NCBI GenBank assembly: GCA_965222375.1
Contig: CBDCTZ010000012.1
Location: forward strand, 32,001 to 96,000
DNA from: Polyangiaceae bacterium
GTDB lineage: Bacteria; Myxococcota_A; Polyangia; Polyangiales; Polyangiaceae
Direction: 5' to 3'
DNA length: 64,000 bases
In this document: piece after piece, positions 26,964 to 37,273 of the stretch
Position numbering within the stretch: the stretch's first letter is position 1
Layout of the letters: each line of letters begins with the position of its first letter
Program-made: the position numbers and the translations under genes
The notes under the pieces: generated by a model
Seen by the model: only the letters and a program-made list of their open reading frames with translations
Told to the model about the DNA's origin: nothing
Database searches by the model: none

Positions 26964-29078
26964 GTGGCTAACTTAGTACGATTGCTTTCGGCTAGTGTTT
27001 CGGTGGCCGCAATCATCGCTGCTTGCGGTCTCTCGACGGGGGGTGAGGGCACCAGCGACGACCCGGATGGAGGCAGCGGCGCAGCAGCGGGGGCAGGGGG
27101 CTCGGTGGGCAATCAGTGCTTCATCGATTCCAAGAACTGTCCCGACCCAGACACTGGGAAGTCGGTGTGCACGCCGACCAATGATCCCAAAACGGGATGC
27201 AACACCGCAAGCTGCAGTCCTTGCGAGCTACCTAATGCGACGGCCCAGTGCGGCGCCACTCGATGTGAGATCAAAGAATGCGATCCAGGCTTCGAAGACT
27301 GCGACTTGGATCCTGCGACCGGCTGCGAAGTGAACCTGCAGTTCGATCCAACCAACTGCGGCGTGTGTCAGAACAACTGTTTCACGACGAAGGGGCCGAA
27401 CTTTACTTGCGAAAACGGCGAGTGCGCCGTGACGAACTGCCAGCCGCCCACGACAGCGGACTGCGACGGAGACAAGACCAATGGCTGCGAAATCGACACC
27501 CTGACGGACGTCGACAACTGCGGCTTCTGCACCAACAAGTGTGACTTGAACCACGCCGTTGCCAAGTGCGAGGCGGTTGCACAAGGGGCCGCTCAGTTTG
27601 GCGAGTGCGCGATCGACACCTGCAAGGGCGCTTGGGCCGACTGCGACGGGGCAGCCGCCAACGGCTGCGAGATCAACACCGGCAACAACACGGATCACTG
27701 CGGAGGTTGCGGCAAGAAGTGCGACGCCACCAATGGCGCTCCCGGTTGCTTCCAGGGTGATTGCACAATTGGCTGTTACCCCGGCTTTGGTAACTGCAAC
27801 AACAACGCCGCGGACGGTTGTGAGCGCAACCTGAACACGGACGTCAATCACTGCGGCACCTGCGGCAAGAAGTGTTCTCCGCAGAATGTGACCGCGCCAA
27901 AGTGCTCTAGCGGCAGCTGTGACTACGTCGCGTGCCTGCCGGGGTTCGGGGATTGCGATGGCGACAGGGCCAACGGCTGCGAGACCAACACCAACCAAGA
28001 CCCGAACCACTGCGGCACTTGTGGCAACAAGTGCAACCCAGCGTCCGGCGGCTCGCCCTTATGCAACACCGGGACCTGCGGCACCAGTTGCACCAGTCCG
28101 ACGTCCCTGTGCCAGCCCCCCGGGCTATGCGCCAACCTGAACAATGACGTCAATCACTGCGGAAGCTGCAACCACCAGTGCACCACGAACGAAAACAATG
28201 CCATGCTGGTCTGCATTTCCACGAAGTGTGGCTTCAGCTGCAACAGCGGCTACACCAAGTGCGGCAGCCCACCCAACTCCTGTGTGGACACCGATACCAG
28301 CACGGTTCACTGTGGAGGTTGTAACAAGCTCTGCACGCCACCGACCAACGGTGTCCCTAACTGCAGCGGTGGCACCTGCGGCTTTACCTGTCCCAATCCC
28401 TATTCGAGGTGTGGCAACACCTGCAAGAACCTGAATACAGATACCGCGAATTGCCTGACCTGCGGCAAGGCCTGCACGCAGCCGCCTGGCGGCGTCGCGA
28501 TCTGCACGCCTTCAGGCTGCGACTTCACCTGCAATACCCCCCTCACCAAGTGTGGCGCGGCGTGCGTCAACCTCACGAACGACGACTTGAACTGCGGCAC
28601 GTGTGGGAAGCAGTGCGGGGCCAATAAGGTTTGCCAGAGTAGCAATTGCGTATGCTCGGCGTCCTACCCGACCGAGTGCGGCACGCCGCCAAGCACGTTC
28701 TGCGTGGATACCACCTCGGACAACGACCACTGCAGCGGCTGCAACATGCCGTGTCCGTCCGGACAACAGTGTCAGAGCAGCAAGTGCGAGTGCACCGGCG
28801 CAGGTATGACCACCTGCGGCCCGTTGTGTGTGGATACGACCTCCGACGATGAGCACTGCGGCGACTGCACCACTGATTGCACCACGACCGGGCGCGTCTG
28901 CAACAACAGTGCATGCAAGTGTCCGGGGGACCCACGGTTCCTATTCTGCGACAACATGTGCCGGGATACGGACACCGACGATGAGCACTGCGGCGACTGC
29001 ACGATTAGTTGCAATGGTAGTCAGAACTGCGTCGGCGGTGTCTGCGTGCCGAAAAGCGTCGACGCCGGCTCCGACTAG
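26964..29078 (+). CDS. Cysteine-rich repeat lipoprotein (myxobacterial DxxNCGxCxxxC repeats)
   Basis: Lipobox IAAC; 12 [N/H]CxxCxxxC units, the first five preceded by [D/N]C[D/N]xxxxxGCE. Confidence 0.88.
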   Translation: MANLVRLLSASVSVAAIIAACGLSTGGEGTSDDPDGGSGAAAGAGGSVGNQCFIDSKNCPDPDTGKSVCTPTNDPKTGCNTASCSPCELPNATAQCGATRCEIKECDPGFEDCDLDPATGCEVNLQFDPTNCGVCQNNCFTTKGPNFTCENGECAVTNCQPPTTADCDGDKTNGCEIDTLTDVDNCGFCTNKCDLNHAVAKCEAVAQGAAQFGECAIDTCKGAWADCDGAAANGCEINTGNNTDHCGGCGKKCDATNGAPGCFQGDCTIGCYPGFGNCNNNAADGCERNLNTDVNHCGTCGKKCSPQNVTAPKCSSGSCDYVACLPGFGDCDGDRANGCETNTNQDPNHCGTCGNKCNPASGGSPLCNTGTCGTSCTSPTSLCQPPGLCANLNNDVNHCGSCNHQCTTNENNAMLVCISTKCGFSCNSGYTKCGSPPNSCVDTDTSTVHCGGCNKLCTPPTNGVPNCSGGTCGFTCPNPYSRCGNTCKNLNTDTANCLTCGKACTQPPGGVAICTPSGCDFTCNTPLTKCGAACVNLTNDDLNCGTCGKQCGANKVCQSSNCVCSASYPTECGTPPSTFCVDTTSDNDHCSGCNMPCPSGQQCQSSKCECTGAGMTTCGPLCVDTTSDDEHCGDCTTDCTTTGRVCNNSACKCPGDPRFLFCDNMCRDTDTDDEHCGDCTISCNGSQNCVGGVCVPKSVDAGSD
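28843..29002 (+). repeat. 28-bp exact direct repeat inside the Cys-rich gene (28843-28870 and 28975-29002)
   Basis: CCGACGATGAGCACTGCGGCGACTGCAC occurs twice. Confidence 0.85.
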
Positions 29079-29087
29079 ACGCCCCAG

Positions 29088-29127
29088 CTTGGGCCAGGGC
29101 GGGAGTAGTGCTCCTGCCTGACCCAAG
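29088..29127. terminator. GC-rich hairpin between convergent genes (terminator or REP-like)
   Basis: CTTGGG-C-CAGGGCGGGAG-TAGTG-CTCCTGCCTG-A-CCCAAG; no adjacent U-tract. Confidence 0.45.
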
Positions 29128-29190
29128 GATGCGACCCCCCCCAAAAAGAAGAACGCTTCCAGAAGAGCTGTGCTTCGCGCGGGGTGCGAA

Positions 29191-31383
29191 CTAGCGCGGA
29201 GGAGGGCGCCGGCTCGCGCGAGACAGTAGGAGCAACTCCTTCGCGCGTTGAAACACTTCGTCTTCGCTGACCAGGACCAAGTTGGCGGCGTCGCCCAAGG
29301 GGATGAAGGTGTCGGCCGCGGTGACTCGGGCGAAGCGTACGCCGCTGGCACTCTCGAGCACGGCCGCCGCTAGAGCTTCACTCAGACTTCCGCTGGTGCG
29401 GCATTCATCCACGACCAAGAGCGTGCCCGTTTCCCGCGCGTGGTGCAGCACGGCGTTTTCCGGCAGCGGCACCAGGTAGCGGAGATCGAGAACCCGCGCC
29501 CGAGCGCTGGTTTCCTTGAACAGGCGTCGCGCCGCCCGCAAGGATAGGTAGAGTCCGTTGCCATAAGTCGCGATGGTGAGGTCCGGCGCGTCGCTCTCGT
29601 AGACCCGGGGTTCAAAGGGCGTCGCGACGTCGGCGGTTGGCTCTGCCGCCCACTGTCCGTCCTTGTCATCGAATAGATCCCGCGTGTGATACAGGGCAAT
29701 GGGCTCGATGCTGACGACGACGCGGCGGGCCTCGGATGCCAAGGCGAAGGCCGTGCGATACAACTCCAGGGCGTCATCGGCCCGCGCGGGGCAAATCACG
29801 ATCAACCCGGGAATGTCCCGGAGCACAGCGATGCTGTTGTCATTGTGAAAGTGGCCCCCAAAACCCTTCTGGTATGCCATTCCCGCGATGCGCACGAGCA
29901 TGGGGTTGTCCATGACGCCGGCGGAGAAGAAGGAGAAGCTGGCCGCCTCCCCCCGGAGCTGGTCTTCGGCGTTGTGCAGGTAGGCGAGGTATTGGATCTC
30001 CGGCACCGGCATCAGGCCCTGTTGCGCCGTGCCCAGGGCAAGGCCGAGGATCGTCTGCTCGTCCAAAAGCGTGTTGAAGACGCGGGCCGGGCCACCCTCG
30101 GCGAGCAAGCCTTTCGTCACGCCGTAGACGCCGCCCTTCTTTGCGACATCTTCGCCGAAAATCAGCGCTTCGGGTCGCGTGTCCAACAGCTCCGATAGGG
30201 CCGCGTTGATGCCTTGAGCCAGGGTGAGCGCGTCGGAGCCATGGTTTGCGCTATAGCGCTTCGCCGACGCGATCACGGCGGTGTTGTCTGCGGCTCGCGC
30301 AACGGGCACGACAATCTCTTCTCGGCTGGTCAAGCGGGGCGCGGTCCGCGCCCGTTCTGCTTCGGCTTGTGCCCGCTGCTCCGCGGCGTCGTCCCACTCC
30401 AGAATGTCCGCTGCCGAGGCCGCTCCACCAGCCAGCAGGGAGAACGCAGCCCGGGCGACGGGATCGGCATGGGTGGCGTCTTCCAACTCTTGGGGCGAGC
30501 GGTAGGTCGTGTCTACGTCGCTGCCGGCGTGTCCGAGCAGCCGCACCGTCTTCAGATGTAGGACGGCCGCCCGGCGCGAGGTGCGGCAATACTGCACGGC
30601 AGCCTCGGCGGCGCGGTAGCTGCCCGCCAGGTCACCTCCGTCCGCGGCAAAGTAGCGAATGTTCGGAAGCGCGTTCAGTCGAGCGTGGACCCAGCCTTCG
30701 GGGCTGCGCACGCTGATGCCGAGACCGTTGTCTTCACACACGAAAAGCAGCGGCAGGGTCAGGTTCTGCTGCAGCACCCAGCCCACGGCGTTGAAGGCGC
30801 CGAGGGCAGTCGAGTGGTTCACGCTTGCGTCTCCGAAGGAGGCTATCGCGACGGCATCATCTGGCGCGGGGTCGCTCAGCTTCAGTCGTCGGCGCCGCTC
30901 CAAGGCGAAGGCCAGACCGACGGCTCGCGGCAGGTGGCTCGCGATCGTGCTCGTAGAGGGAATGATGCCCAGGGCGGGGTGGCCGAAGACCTTATGTCGA
31001 CCGCCGCTCATGGGATCTTCTTTGGAGGCCACCAAGCTCTGAGCGATGGCGCGTACTGGATCGACCTCCCTGACGCCGCGAGCGCGCTCAACCTGAACTG
31101 CTGCGCTGCGATAGTGCAACAGCGCCGGGTCCGTCGTGGTCGTCAACCGTCCGAGCACGACGTTGCTTTCGTGGCCCGTGCTGCAGATCGTGTAGTGCCC
31201 GTGGCCGTCGCGTCGGAGCTCGTGGGCGACGTGGTCCAGGTGGCGGGCGTGCAACATGCTTTGGAGCAGCTCGCGCCCCATGACCGGATCCAGATCGAAG
31301 GGCGGCACGTCCTCGGTCTCAGTTGGCTGCGAGACCCGGTCCCGAAAGCGTTGCATCAGCTGGGCTAGGCGGTCCAAAGGCAT
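29191..31383 (-). CDS. 2-oxoacid dehydrogenase E1, fused alpha/beta (TPP-dependent)
   Basis: LHYRS, FGDASVNH...EDN TPP motif, GHAGSD, FGEDV..GGVYGVT, EIQY, VVDE. Confidence 0.92.
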   Translation of the reverse strand: MPLDRLAQLMQRFRDRVSQPTETEDVPPFDLDPVMGRELLQSMLHARHLDHVAHELRRDGHGHYTICSTGHESNVVLGRLTTTTDPALLHYRSAAVQVERARGVREVDPVRAIAQSLVASKEDPMSGGRHKVFGHPALGIIPSTSTIASHLPRAVGLAFALERRRRLKLSDPAPDDAVAIASFGDASVNHSTALGAFNAVGWVLQQNLTLPLLFVCEDNGLGISVRSPEGWVHARLNALPNIRYFAADGGDLAGSYRAAEAAVQYCRTSRRAAVLHLKTVRLLGHAGSDVDTTYRSPQELEDATHADPVARAAFSLLAGGAASAADILEWDDAAEQRAQAEAERARTAPRLTSREEIVVPVARAADNTAVIASAKRYSANHGSDALTLAQGINAALSELLDTRPEALIFGEDVAKKGGVYGVTKGLLAEGGPARVFNTLLDEQTILGLALGTAQQGLMPVPEIQYLAYLHNAEDQLRGEAASFSFFSAGVMDNPMLVRIAGMAYQKGFGGHFHNDNSIAVLRDIPGLIVICPARADDALELYRTAFALASEARRVVVSIEPIALYHTRDLFDDKDGQWAAEPTADVATPFEPRVYESDAPDLTIATYGNGLYLSLRAARRLFKETSARARVLDLRYLVPLPENAVLHHARETGTLLVVDECRTSGSLSEALAAAVLESASGVRFARVTAADTFIPLGDAANLVLVSEDEVFQRAKELLLLSRASRRPPPR

Positions 31384-31442
31384 GACGGCGGCCGAGCCTA
31401 ACCCAGCGCCCTGGTTCCGTGTAAGATGACAATAGGCCCCGA

Positions 31443-33212
31443 GTGCAGCCAGCAAGTAGCCGGTCCGAAGAGCCGACCATCGTCGAACGACCCGAGGGGA
31501 GCAGCGGCGATACGGCAAATACGCCTCCCAGCGGCATGACGGGGATCAGCGTGAGCTCCCGCAGCGGCGTGACGACTGCGGCACCGATGATCCTTCAGGC
31601 CGAAGAGCACGCGCGCACGGTGGCTCTCGTGCGGCTCGTGTTCGCTGCGGGTAGTGCCGGTCTGATTGCGATCTTCTTGCAGGAGCGGCTCAGCCCAGGA
31701 AAGTGGCTTGCGGTCATCGTGGTGGGCCTGACGACCTTCGTTGCAGGCTGGCTGATGCTGCGCTTCCGGGATCCCGGGCGCTACGACCCTCGCCTCGCGC
31801 TCTTGTTCGGCATCTGCTGCGTCGCATCGACCCTTGCCACCGTGTACTACGTCGGCGTCTTCGCGCCGCCCATCATCGCGATGTACATCGGGATCTACTT
31901 CTTCGGGATGGGAGACTCCGCGCTGAGCGGTTGGACCATCTACGCCACCGGTGCGGCCGGCTACTTCGCGCTGAACATTGCGGCTCTATTTGGCAAGATA
32001 GACATGGAAGCGGCCGTGATGCCCATGCGCCAGCCGGACCCCCTGGCCATCATCGCGGTGACTTTCGTGACCCAAGTGCTGTTCGTGGCAACTTTCTGGA
32101 TGGCGCGACAGAGCAGGCGCGCCACTCTCGCGGCTTTCGAGCGCCTCGAGCGGGCTGCGCGTCAGATCCAGAGGCGGGATGCCCTGTTGGACGAAGCCCG
32201 GGCGGACCTCGATCGGGAGCGGGCGGCCAAGCTCGGCCGATACACGGATCAGCAAATTGGTCAGTTCAGCATCGGGGAAGTGATTGGGCGGGGTGCCATG
32301 GGCGAGGTGTATCGCGGTTTCGATACGGAGCGGGATACGCCGGTCGCGATCAAGTTCTTGAGTCCTGCGCTAGCTGGCGACCCGGCCAGCGTCGAGCGCT
32401 TCCTTCGCGAGGCTGACGTAGCGGGGCGATTCAAGTGCCCGCACATCGTCGAGCTGCTCCATCACGGCGTGATGGAGGACGGCTCCCCCTATTTGGTCAT
32501 GGAGCTGCTGAGCGGCACCGATCTTAGCGAACAGTTGCGAGACAAGCAGCGGCTGGGAACCAGCGCTGTGCTGGAGCTGGTCCAGGAGGTCGCTCAGGCC
32601 CTTTCCGTGGCCGAGGAAGCCGGCATCGTGCATCGAGACCTGAAGCCGCAGAACATCTATCGCGTCGAGAACAGCGGCAAACCGATCTGGAAAGTGCTGG
32701 ATTTCGGGGTGTCCAAGATCCTCGATGCAGCGGACAACCTCACGATGGGTGCGGCGGTGGGTACGCCGAGCTACATGTCTCCCGAACAAGCCCGTGGAGA
32801 TGACATCGACCACCGCGCTGACGTCTTCGCTCTCAGTGTCGTCGTGTATCGTGCGTTGACGGGTCGCCCGGCGTTCACTGCTTCGGATAGCGTGGGCACG
32901 CTGTACAACGTCGTGCACGTGCAGCCGGTGCGCCCCGGGGACCTGATTCGGATTCACGAAGATCTGGAACGCGTACTTGCCCTTGGTTTGGCGAAGGACC
33001 GCGATCGGCGATTGGGGTCTGCGCTGATGCTTTCGACCTCCCTGAGAGAAGCCGCCCGGGGGCGTCTCGACGAACGTCTGCGGCGCGACGCCGACGATCT
33101 GATCGAGGAGCATCCCTGGGGGAGCGATGCGACGGAGCGTAAGCGCCGATCTGCTTGGCCCAAGGCTGGCGGCAGCAAGCGACCGAGCAAGCGGCCGAGC
33201 GACAGCCCCTGA
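31443..33212 (+). CDS. Membrane-bound Hanks-type Ser/Thr protein kinase
   Basis: About six N-terminal TM helices, coiled coil, GRGAMGEVY, VAIK, HRDLKPQN, DFG, YMSPEQ. Confidence 0.93.
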   Translation: MQPASSRSEEPTIVERPEGSSGDTANTPPSGMTGISVSSRSGVTTAAPMILQAEEHARTVALVRLVFAAGSAGLIAIFLQERLSPGKWLAVIVVGLTTFVAGWLMLRFRDPGRYDPRLALLFGICCVASTLATVYYVGVFAPPIIAMYIGIYFFGMGDSALSGWTIYATGAAGYFALNIAALFGKIDMEAAVMPMRQPDPLAIIAVTFVTQVLFVATFWMARQSRRATLAAFERLERAARQIQRRDALLDEARADLDRERAAKLGRYTDQQIGQFSIGEVIGRGAMGEVYRGFDTERDTPVAIKFLSPALAGDPASVERFLREADVAGRFKCPHIVELLHHGVMEDGSPYLVMELLSGTDLSEQLRDKQRLGTSAVLELVQEVAQALSVAEEAGIVHRDLKPQNIYRVENSGKPIWKVLDFGVSKILDAADNLTMGAAVGTPSYMSPEQARGDDIDHRADVFALSVVVYRALTGRPAFTASDSVGTLYNVVHVQPVRPGDLIRIHEDLERVLALGLAKDRDRRLGSALMLSTSLREAARGRLDERLRRDADDLIEEHPWGSDATERKRRSAWPKAGGSKRPSKRPSDSP

Positions 33213-33244
33213 GAGTCCAGCAGCGCACAAAGGCTGCGGGTGCT

Positions 33245-34273
33245 TCAGGGCAGGCGATCCAACAGCGCGAGCAGTCCCCGCCGCGTGACCGAGCGATGAT
33301 GGGATGCGCCTTTGCGCGCCAAGATCTCTTCGCGATGTTCCACATAGTGTTGGTAGCTCTGGAGCATCATCTCGTCGTTGCTGTAGCGCGGCCGCCAGCC
33401 GAGCTCGCGCTCGGCGTCGCTCGTGTCGAAGAATAGCTCGCGGCCGTACATCAGGGCGTGGTAGTCGCCCAGGGGCGTCAGCCCGAGGCGCCCGGTGATT
33501 TTCATGCTGGCCGCCGTGGGCACCATTGGCAAAGAACGGATCGAACTACGCGACCCAACCGCGCGGATCAGATTGGCCAGCAACTCCCGCATGCTGCCAA
33601 AGCGCTCCGCGCCTCCGAGAACGACGGCGGGCCCACGCTGCTCGGCAGCGCGCAGACACAGATCCGCCAGGTCCTCCGAATGCACTAGCTGGAAGCGATT
33701 GTGCCCGCCGCCGAGCACGTACAGGGGGCGGTTCGTTCGCACCCATTCGAAGATGATCTGAAAGATACCCAGGCGCCCGTGCCCGAGAATGGTGCGTGGG
33801 CGTACGATGGAGACGTCGAGCCCCTTGTCCGTGTAGGAGAGCGCGCGAACATCTCCGGCCAGTTTCGCGCGCCCGTAGGCTTCCCGAGGCGCTGGCGGGG
33901 TATTGCGCGAGACCGGATTGCACTCGGGGGCGCCATAGACCGCGCTGGACGAGAGCAAGACGAGCTTCTTGACGCCGGCGGCGAGGGCCTCGGATGCGAT
34001 GATGTCGGCGCCGCCGACGTTGACGGACTCGAACAACTCGCGATCCTTCGCCAGAGGCACCTGGGCCACGGCATGGAATACGACGTCGACGCCATCGAGG
34101 CTGGTGCGCACGGCCGAGCGGTCCCGGATGTCGCCGTGAAGATACTCGGCTTCCGGGGGCAACTCGGCATTCGCCGCGATGTCGAGGACCCGCACCGAAC
34201 TGGCCCGCTCGAGCAGCGTGCGAACCAGAACTTCACCGAAATAGCCAGCGCCGCCGGTGACCAGCGCGTGCAT
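33245..34273 (-). CDS. NAD-dependent epimerase/dehydratase (extended SDR)
   Basis: LVTGGAGYFG, SSSAVYG, YGRAK. Confidence 0.9.
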   Translation of the reverse strand: MHALVTGGAGYFGEVLVRTLLERASSVRVLDIAANAELPPEAEYLHGDIRDRSAVRTSLDGVDVVFHAVAQVPLAKDRELFESVNVGGADIIASEALAAGVKKLVLLSSSAVYGAPECNPVSRNTPPAPREAYGRAKLAGDVRALSYTDKGLDVSIVRPRTILGHGRLGIFQIIFEWVRTNRPLYVLGGGHNRFQLVHSEDLADLCLRAAEQRGPAVVLGGAERFGSMRELLANLIRAVGSRSSIRSLPMVPTAASMKITGRLGLTPLGDYHALMYGRELFFDTSDAERELGWRPRYSNDEMMLQSYQHYVEHREEILARKGASHHRSVTRRGLLALLDRLP

Positions 34274-35283
34274 CAGAAGTCAGCACCCTGGGCGCGGCAC
34301 CAAGCAATGCTGCGCTTCATTCCTTCTTCGAGTTCGATTTCTGGGGCGTAGCCCAATTGGTCGCGGGCTTTGTCGATGCTGACGGCGATGGAGGCGGCGA
34401 GTTCGCCTGCGACGTGCATGTCTTGGGAGTACATCCCCGTCATCTGGATCAACGAATCGCAGAAGCGAGCCACATCACAGCCGAGCTTGGGTAGGTAGCG
34501 CGGATGTATGCGCACATCGAGCAGCTTGCCGACCGTCTCCAAGATCTCGATGAAGGAGTAGGGGCGGCGATCCGTGATCCAGTAGATTTCGCCGGCCGCC
34601 CGTTCGACGCTGCGCGCCAAAAGCAGCCCCTGCACCGTGTTGTCCACGTAGCTCATGCTGCGCAGGTTGTCGCCCTTGCCGAACACGATGGGATGACCGC
34701 CTTTGATCATCTTGAAGAAGCGCGTCTGCCGGTGGGGCTGGTTCGGGCCGTAGAACCAACAAGGACGCAGCACGACCGCCTCGATGCGGCCGGCGCGGTG
34801 GGCGTCGAGGACGAGCCACTCCGCCTGGAGCTTGGATAGGCCGTAGCCGAGATAGGGGCGCGGTGGGTCGTCCTCGGTCATCAGGCGGGCCGCGTCGATG
34901 TTCAATCCCGCTGGCGAGTTGCTGCTGACGAAAATGAAGCGCCGGACCTTGGCGGCAATGGCCGCTTCCAGAAGCTTCCGGGTGCCCTCCACGTTGAGGG
35001 CGTAGAGATCTTCGATGCGGCCCGGGTGAACGACCCCCGCACAATGAAAGACGGTATCGATGCCCTCGCATAGGCCCGCGGGCAGTGGGTGTCGCAGATC
35101 CGCTTCGATGACTTCCGCGCCCTGCTTGCGCAAGTCTTCCGATGGCGAGCCCGGCGCCGCCGCCACGCGGACGGGCTCCGAGCCCTGCTTGACCGGACCC
35201 ATGGAAAAGCCCTGGAGCAAGGCCTCGGTCAGTCGCGTGCCGAGCCAACCCGGCGCGCCAGTGACGAGGGCTTTCGGTTGCAT
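34273..35283 (-). CDS. NAD-dependent epimerase/dehydratase (extended SDR)
   Basis: LVTGAPGWLG, FVSSNS, YGLSK, RPCWFYGP. Confidence 0.9.
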   Translation of the reverse strand: MQPKALVTGAPGWLGTRLTEALLQGFSMGPVKQGSEPVRVAAAPGSPSEDLRKQGAEVIEADLRHPLPAGLCEGIDTVFHCAGVVHPGRIEDLYALNVEGTRKLLEAAIAAKVRRFIFVSSNSPAGLNIDAARLMTEDDPPRPYLGYGLSKLQAEWLVLDAHRAGRIEAVVLRPCWFYGPNQPHRQTRFFKMIKGGHPIVFGKGDNLRSMSYVDNTVQGLLLARSVERAAGEIYWITDRRPYSFIEILETVGKLLDVRIHPRYLPKLGCDVARFCDSLIQMTGMYSQDMHVAGELAASIAVSIDKARDQLGYAPEIELEEGMKRSIAWCRAQGADF

Positions 35284-35347
35284 GAATCTTCCTCGACGTA
35301 CTCGGAAACCCTAGGAGATAAAAGCGATTTTCGTCATAGCCAGCTAG

Positions 35348-37273
35348 CTACCGGCGGCCGGCGCCCCGGGTGCGCAGATCGCCTGCGCGCCGCGTGCTGC
35401 CCTCGCGATCGAGCTGCTCCAAAAGGGGAATGGCCTGTTTGCGGGACACCTGAGCTAGTTCTTTGAACGCTGGGACGCTCATCTCGGCGTGGCTGTCGAA
35501 ATGTGCGCCGACCTTGGCGCGCAAGTCGTCGATGGCGGATTCGGCGAACCAGAGTGTGCTCAGGCGCCGCGCTCGCTCCTCTCGGGAAAGGGCAGACAGG
35601 GCGATCTTCGTCGTCTCGATGTCCTGGCCGAGGCGTTTGCTCAACTCGTTTTCGGTGATGCCTTCCAAGCCCAAGCCTGCCAAGGCGTCGAGAACCTTGT
35701 TTTCCAGCTCACGCGCGGCGGGGCCGGATGTCTTGGCAAACTCCGGGGTGCACACCACGCCCTGGTCGACGACGATCTTCTTGCGGGAACTCGCGCGCTC
35801 GATCACGGCTTCGACGAGCGCGCGGCCCGCCGAGCGAGACAGATGGGAGCGCGCAGTTTCGAGCGAGAGCCCGGGCTCGTGGGGCGCCTCGCGGTGGTGC
35901 GCGTCCACGCGGGCCAACAAGCGCTTGCCCACGGCGTCCATGTTCTCTTGAGTCGTGACGTGCTTGCCATCCGGAAGCACGAAGAGTCCGCCCTTCTTGC
36001 GCTTGCTCTCGACGAGCTTCGTCAGCTCTCCAGGTGGGCGCCCCAGTCGCGGCTCTAGCGCCTCGATCGCGACGGCGCGAGGCGCGGCGCCAGCAACGAT
36101 GCCGACCAACGCGTCCCCCATGCGTCCGGCGCCCAGCGCTTCCAAGGTAGCGATGCGGTTTTGCCATCGCGCGGCGTCGCGTCGGCGGCGAGGTAGAGTG
36201 GGCGGTGCCGCGTCAACGATGCGCCCACCACCGAGTACAGCGCCACGCTCACGGTCGTCGGAAAAACCCCGCAGGATGAAGCCCACTCCGCCCAAGGCCG
36301 GTAGCGGCGCGTCTAGCGCAATGTGGGCGCCGCCCTCTCCCAAGCGCGTGACGCGGCCGGTGCGACGGGTCGTCCCGACGTAGACCTGCGCCGACGCGCC
36401 ATCCTCGAACTCGTCCTCGGCGCCGGGGGCGATCTGTAGCTCCACTTCCAGTCGTCGCGTGACAGGTAGGGCAGGCTCGGTGCTGACCACGCTGCCGCGC
36501 TTCACGCTCGCCAGTTCCAGCTTGGCGAGGTTGATGGCGACTCGAGAGGGCGCGGAAACCGATTCGACAGATTCGCCGTGTACTTCGATGGAGCGGCAGC
36601 TGCTCTCCAAGACGCCGGTCTCGGTACCGACGTAGACTGGCGCGCCAACCCTCAAGCTGCCCCGAGTGAGGGTGCCCGTGATGACGGTGCCGGCCCCGCG
36701 TACGGTGAACACGCGATCGACCGGCAGCCACGCCCGGGCGTCTTGGGCGGGTGCTGGCGAGGTTTCCGCGAGGGAGAGCAGCGCGCCCTTGAGCTCCGCG
36801 ACGCCTTGTCCGGTCGGTGCGGAGGTAGCGATGACCGCGTGGGGCTTGATGCCCATGCTGTCCAAGGTGGATTCCAAATCCGCCTGAGCCAGCTCCAGAA
36901 TCTCCGCATCGATCAAGTCCGCCTTGCTCAATGCCACGACCACGCGATCGATTCCGAGCAACTTGCACACGTGCAGGTGTTCCCGAGTCTGCGGCATCAC
37001 GGCGTCGTCCGCCGCAACGACCAGCAGCACACCATCCACGCCGCCGACGCCGGCGATCATCGCGTGCACCAGCTTTTTGTGCCCCGGCACGTCGATGAAG
37101 GAAAGCGGTGCATCTTTGAGCGTGGCGAAGCCGAGTTCGATGCTGATCCCGCGGCGCTTTTCGTCCGGCAGACGGTCCGTATCCGTTCCCGTCAGCGCTT
37201 GCACCAGCGTGGTCTTGCCGTGATCGACATGACCTGCAGTAGCGAGAACGACGCGGCGGTGTGGCTTGGACAC
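35348..37273 (-). CDS. selB: Selenocysteine-specific translation elongation factor
   Basis: TAGHVDHGKT, EKRRGISIELGF, DVPGH, MPQTREH, DRVFTVRGAGTVITG, C-terminal SRKQAIPLLEQLDR winged helix. Confidence 0.96.
   Translation of the reverse strand: MSKPHRRVVLATAGHVDHGKTTLVQALTGTDTDRLPDEKRRGISIELGFATLKDAPLSFIDVPGHKKLVHAMIAGVGGVDGVLLVVAADDAVMPQTREHLHVCKLLGIDRVVVALSKADLIDAEILELAQADLESTLDSMGIKPHAVIATSAPTGQGVAELKGALLSLAETSPAPAQDARAWLPVDRVFTVRGAGTVITGTLTRGSLRVGAPVYVGTETGVLESSCRSIEVHGESVESVSAPSRVAINLAKLELASVKRGSVVSTEPALPVTRRLEVELQIAPGAEDEFEDGASAQVYVGTTRRTGRVTRLGEGGAHIALDAPLPALGGVGFILRGFSDDRERGAVLGGGRIVDAAPPTLPRRRRDAARWQNRIATLEALGAGRMGDALVGIVAGAAPRAVAIEALEPRLGRPPGELTKLVESKRKKGGLFVLPDGKHVTTQENMDAVGKRLLARVDAHHREAPHEPGLSLETARSHLSRSAGRALVEAVIERASSRKKIVVDQGVVCTPEFAKTSGPAARELENKVLDALAGLGLEGITENELSKRLGQDIETTKIALSALSREERARRLSTLWFAESAIDDLRAKVGAHFDSHAEMSVPAFKELAQVSRKQAIPLLEQLDREGSTRRAGDLRTRGAGRR

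Noticed and set aside
26964..29078. Multiheme cytochrome or CRISPR-like array
   Set aside because: No CxxCH motifs; the repeats are in-frame, degenerate protein repeats without constant repeat-spacer structure
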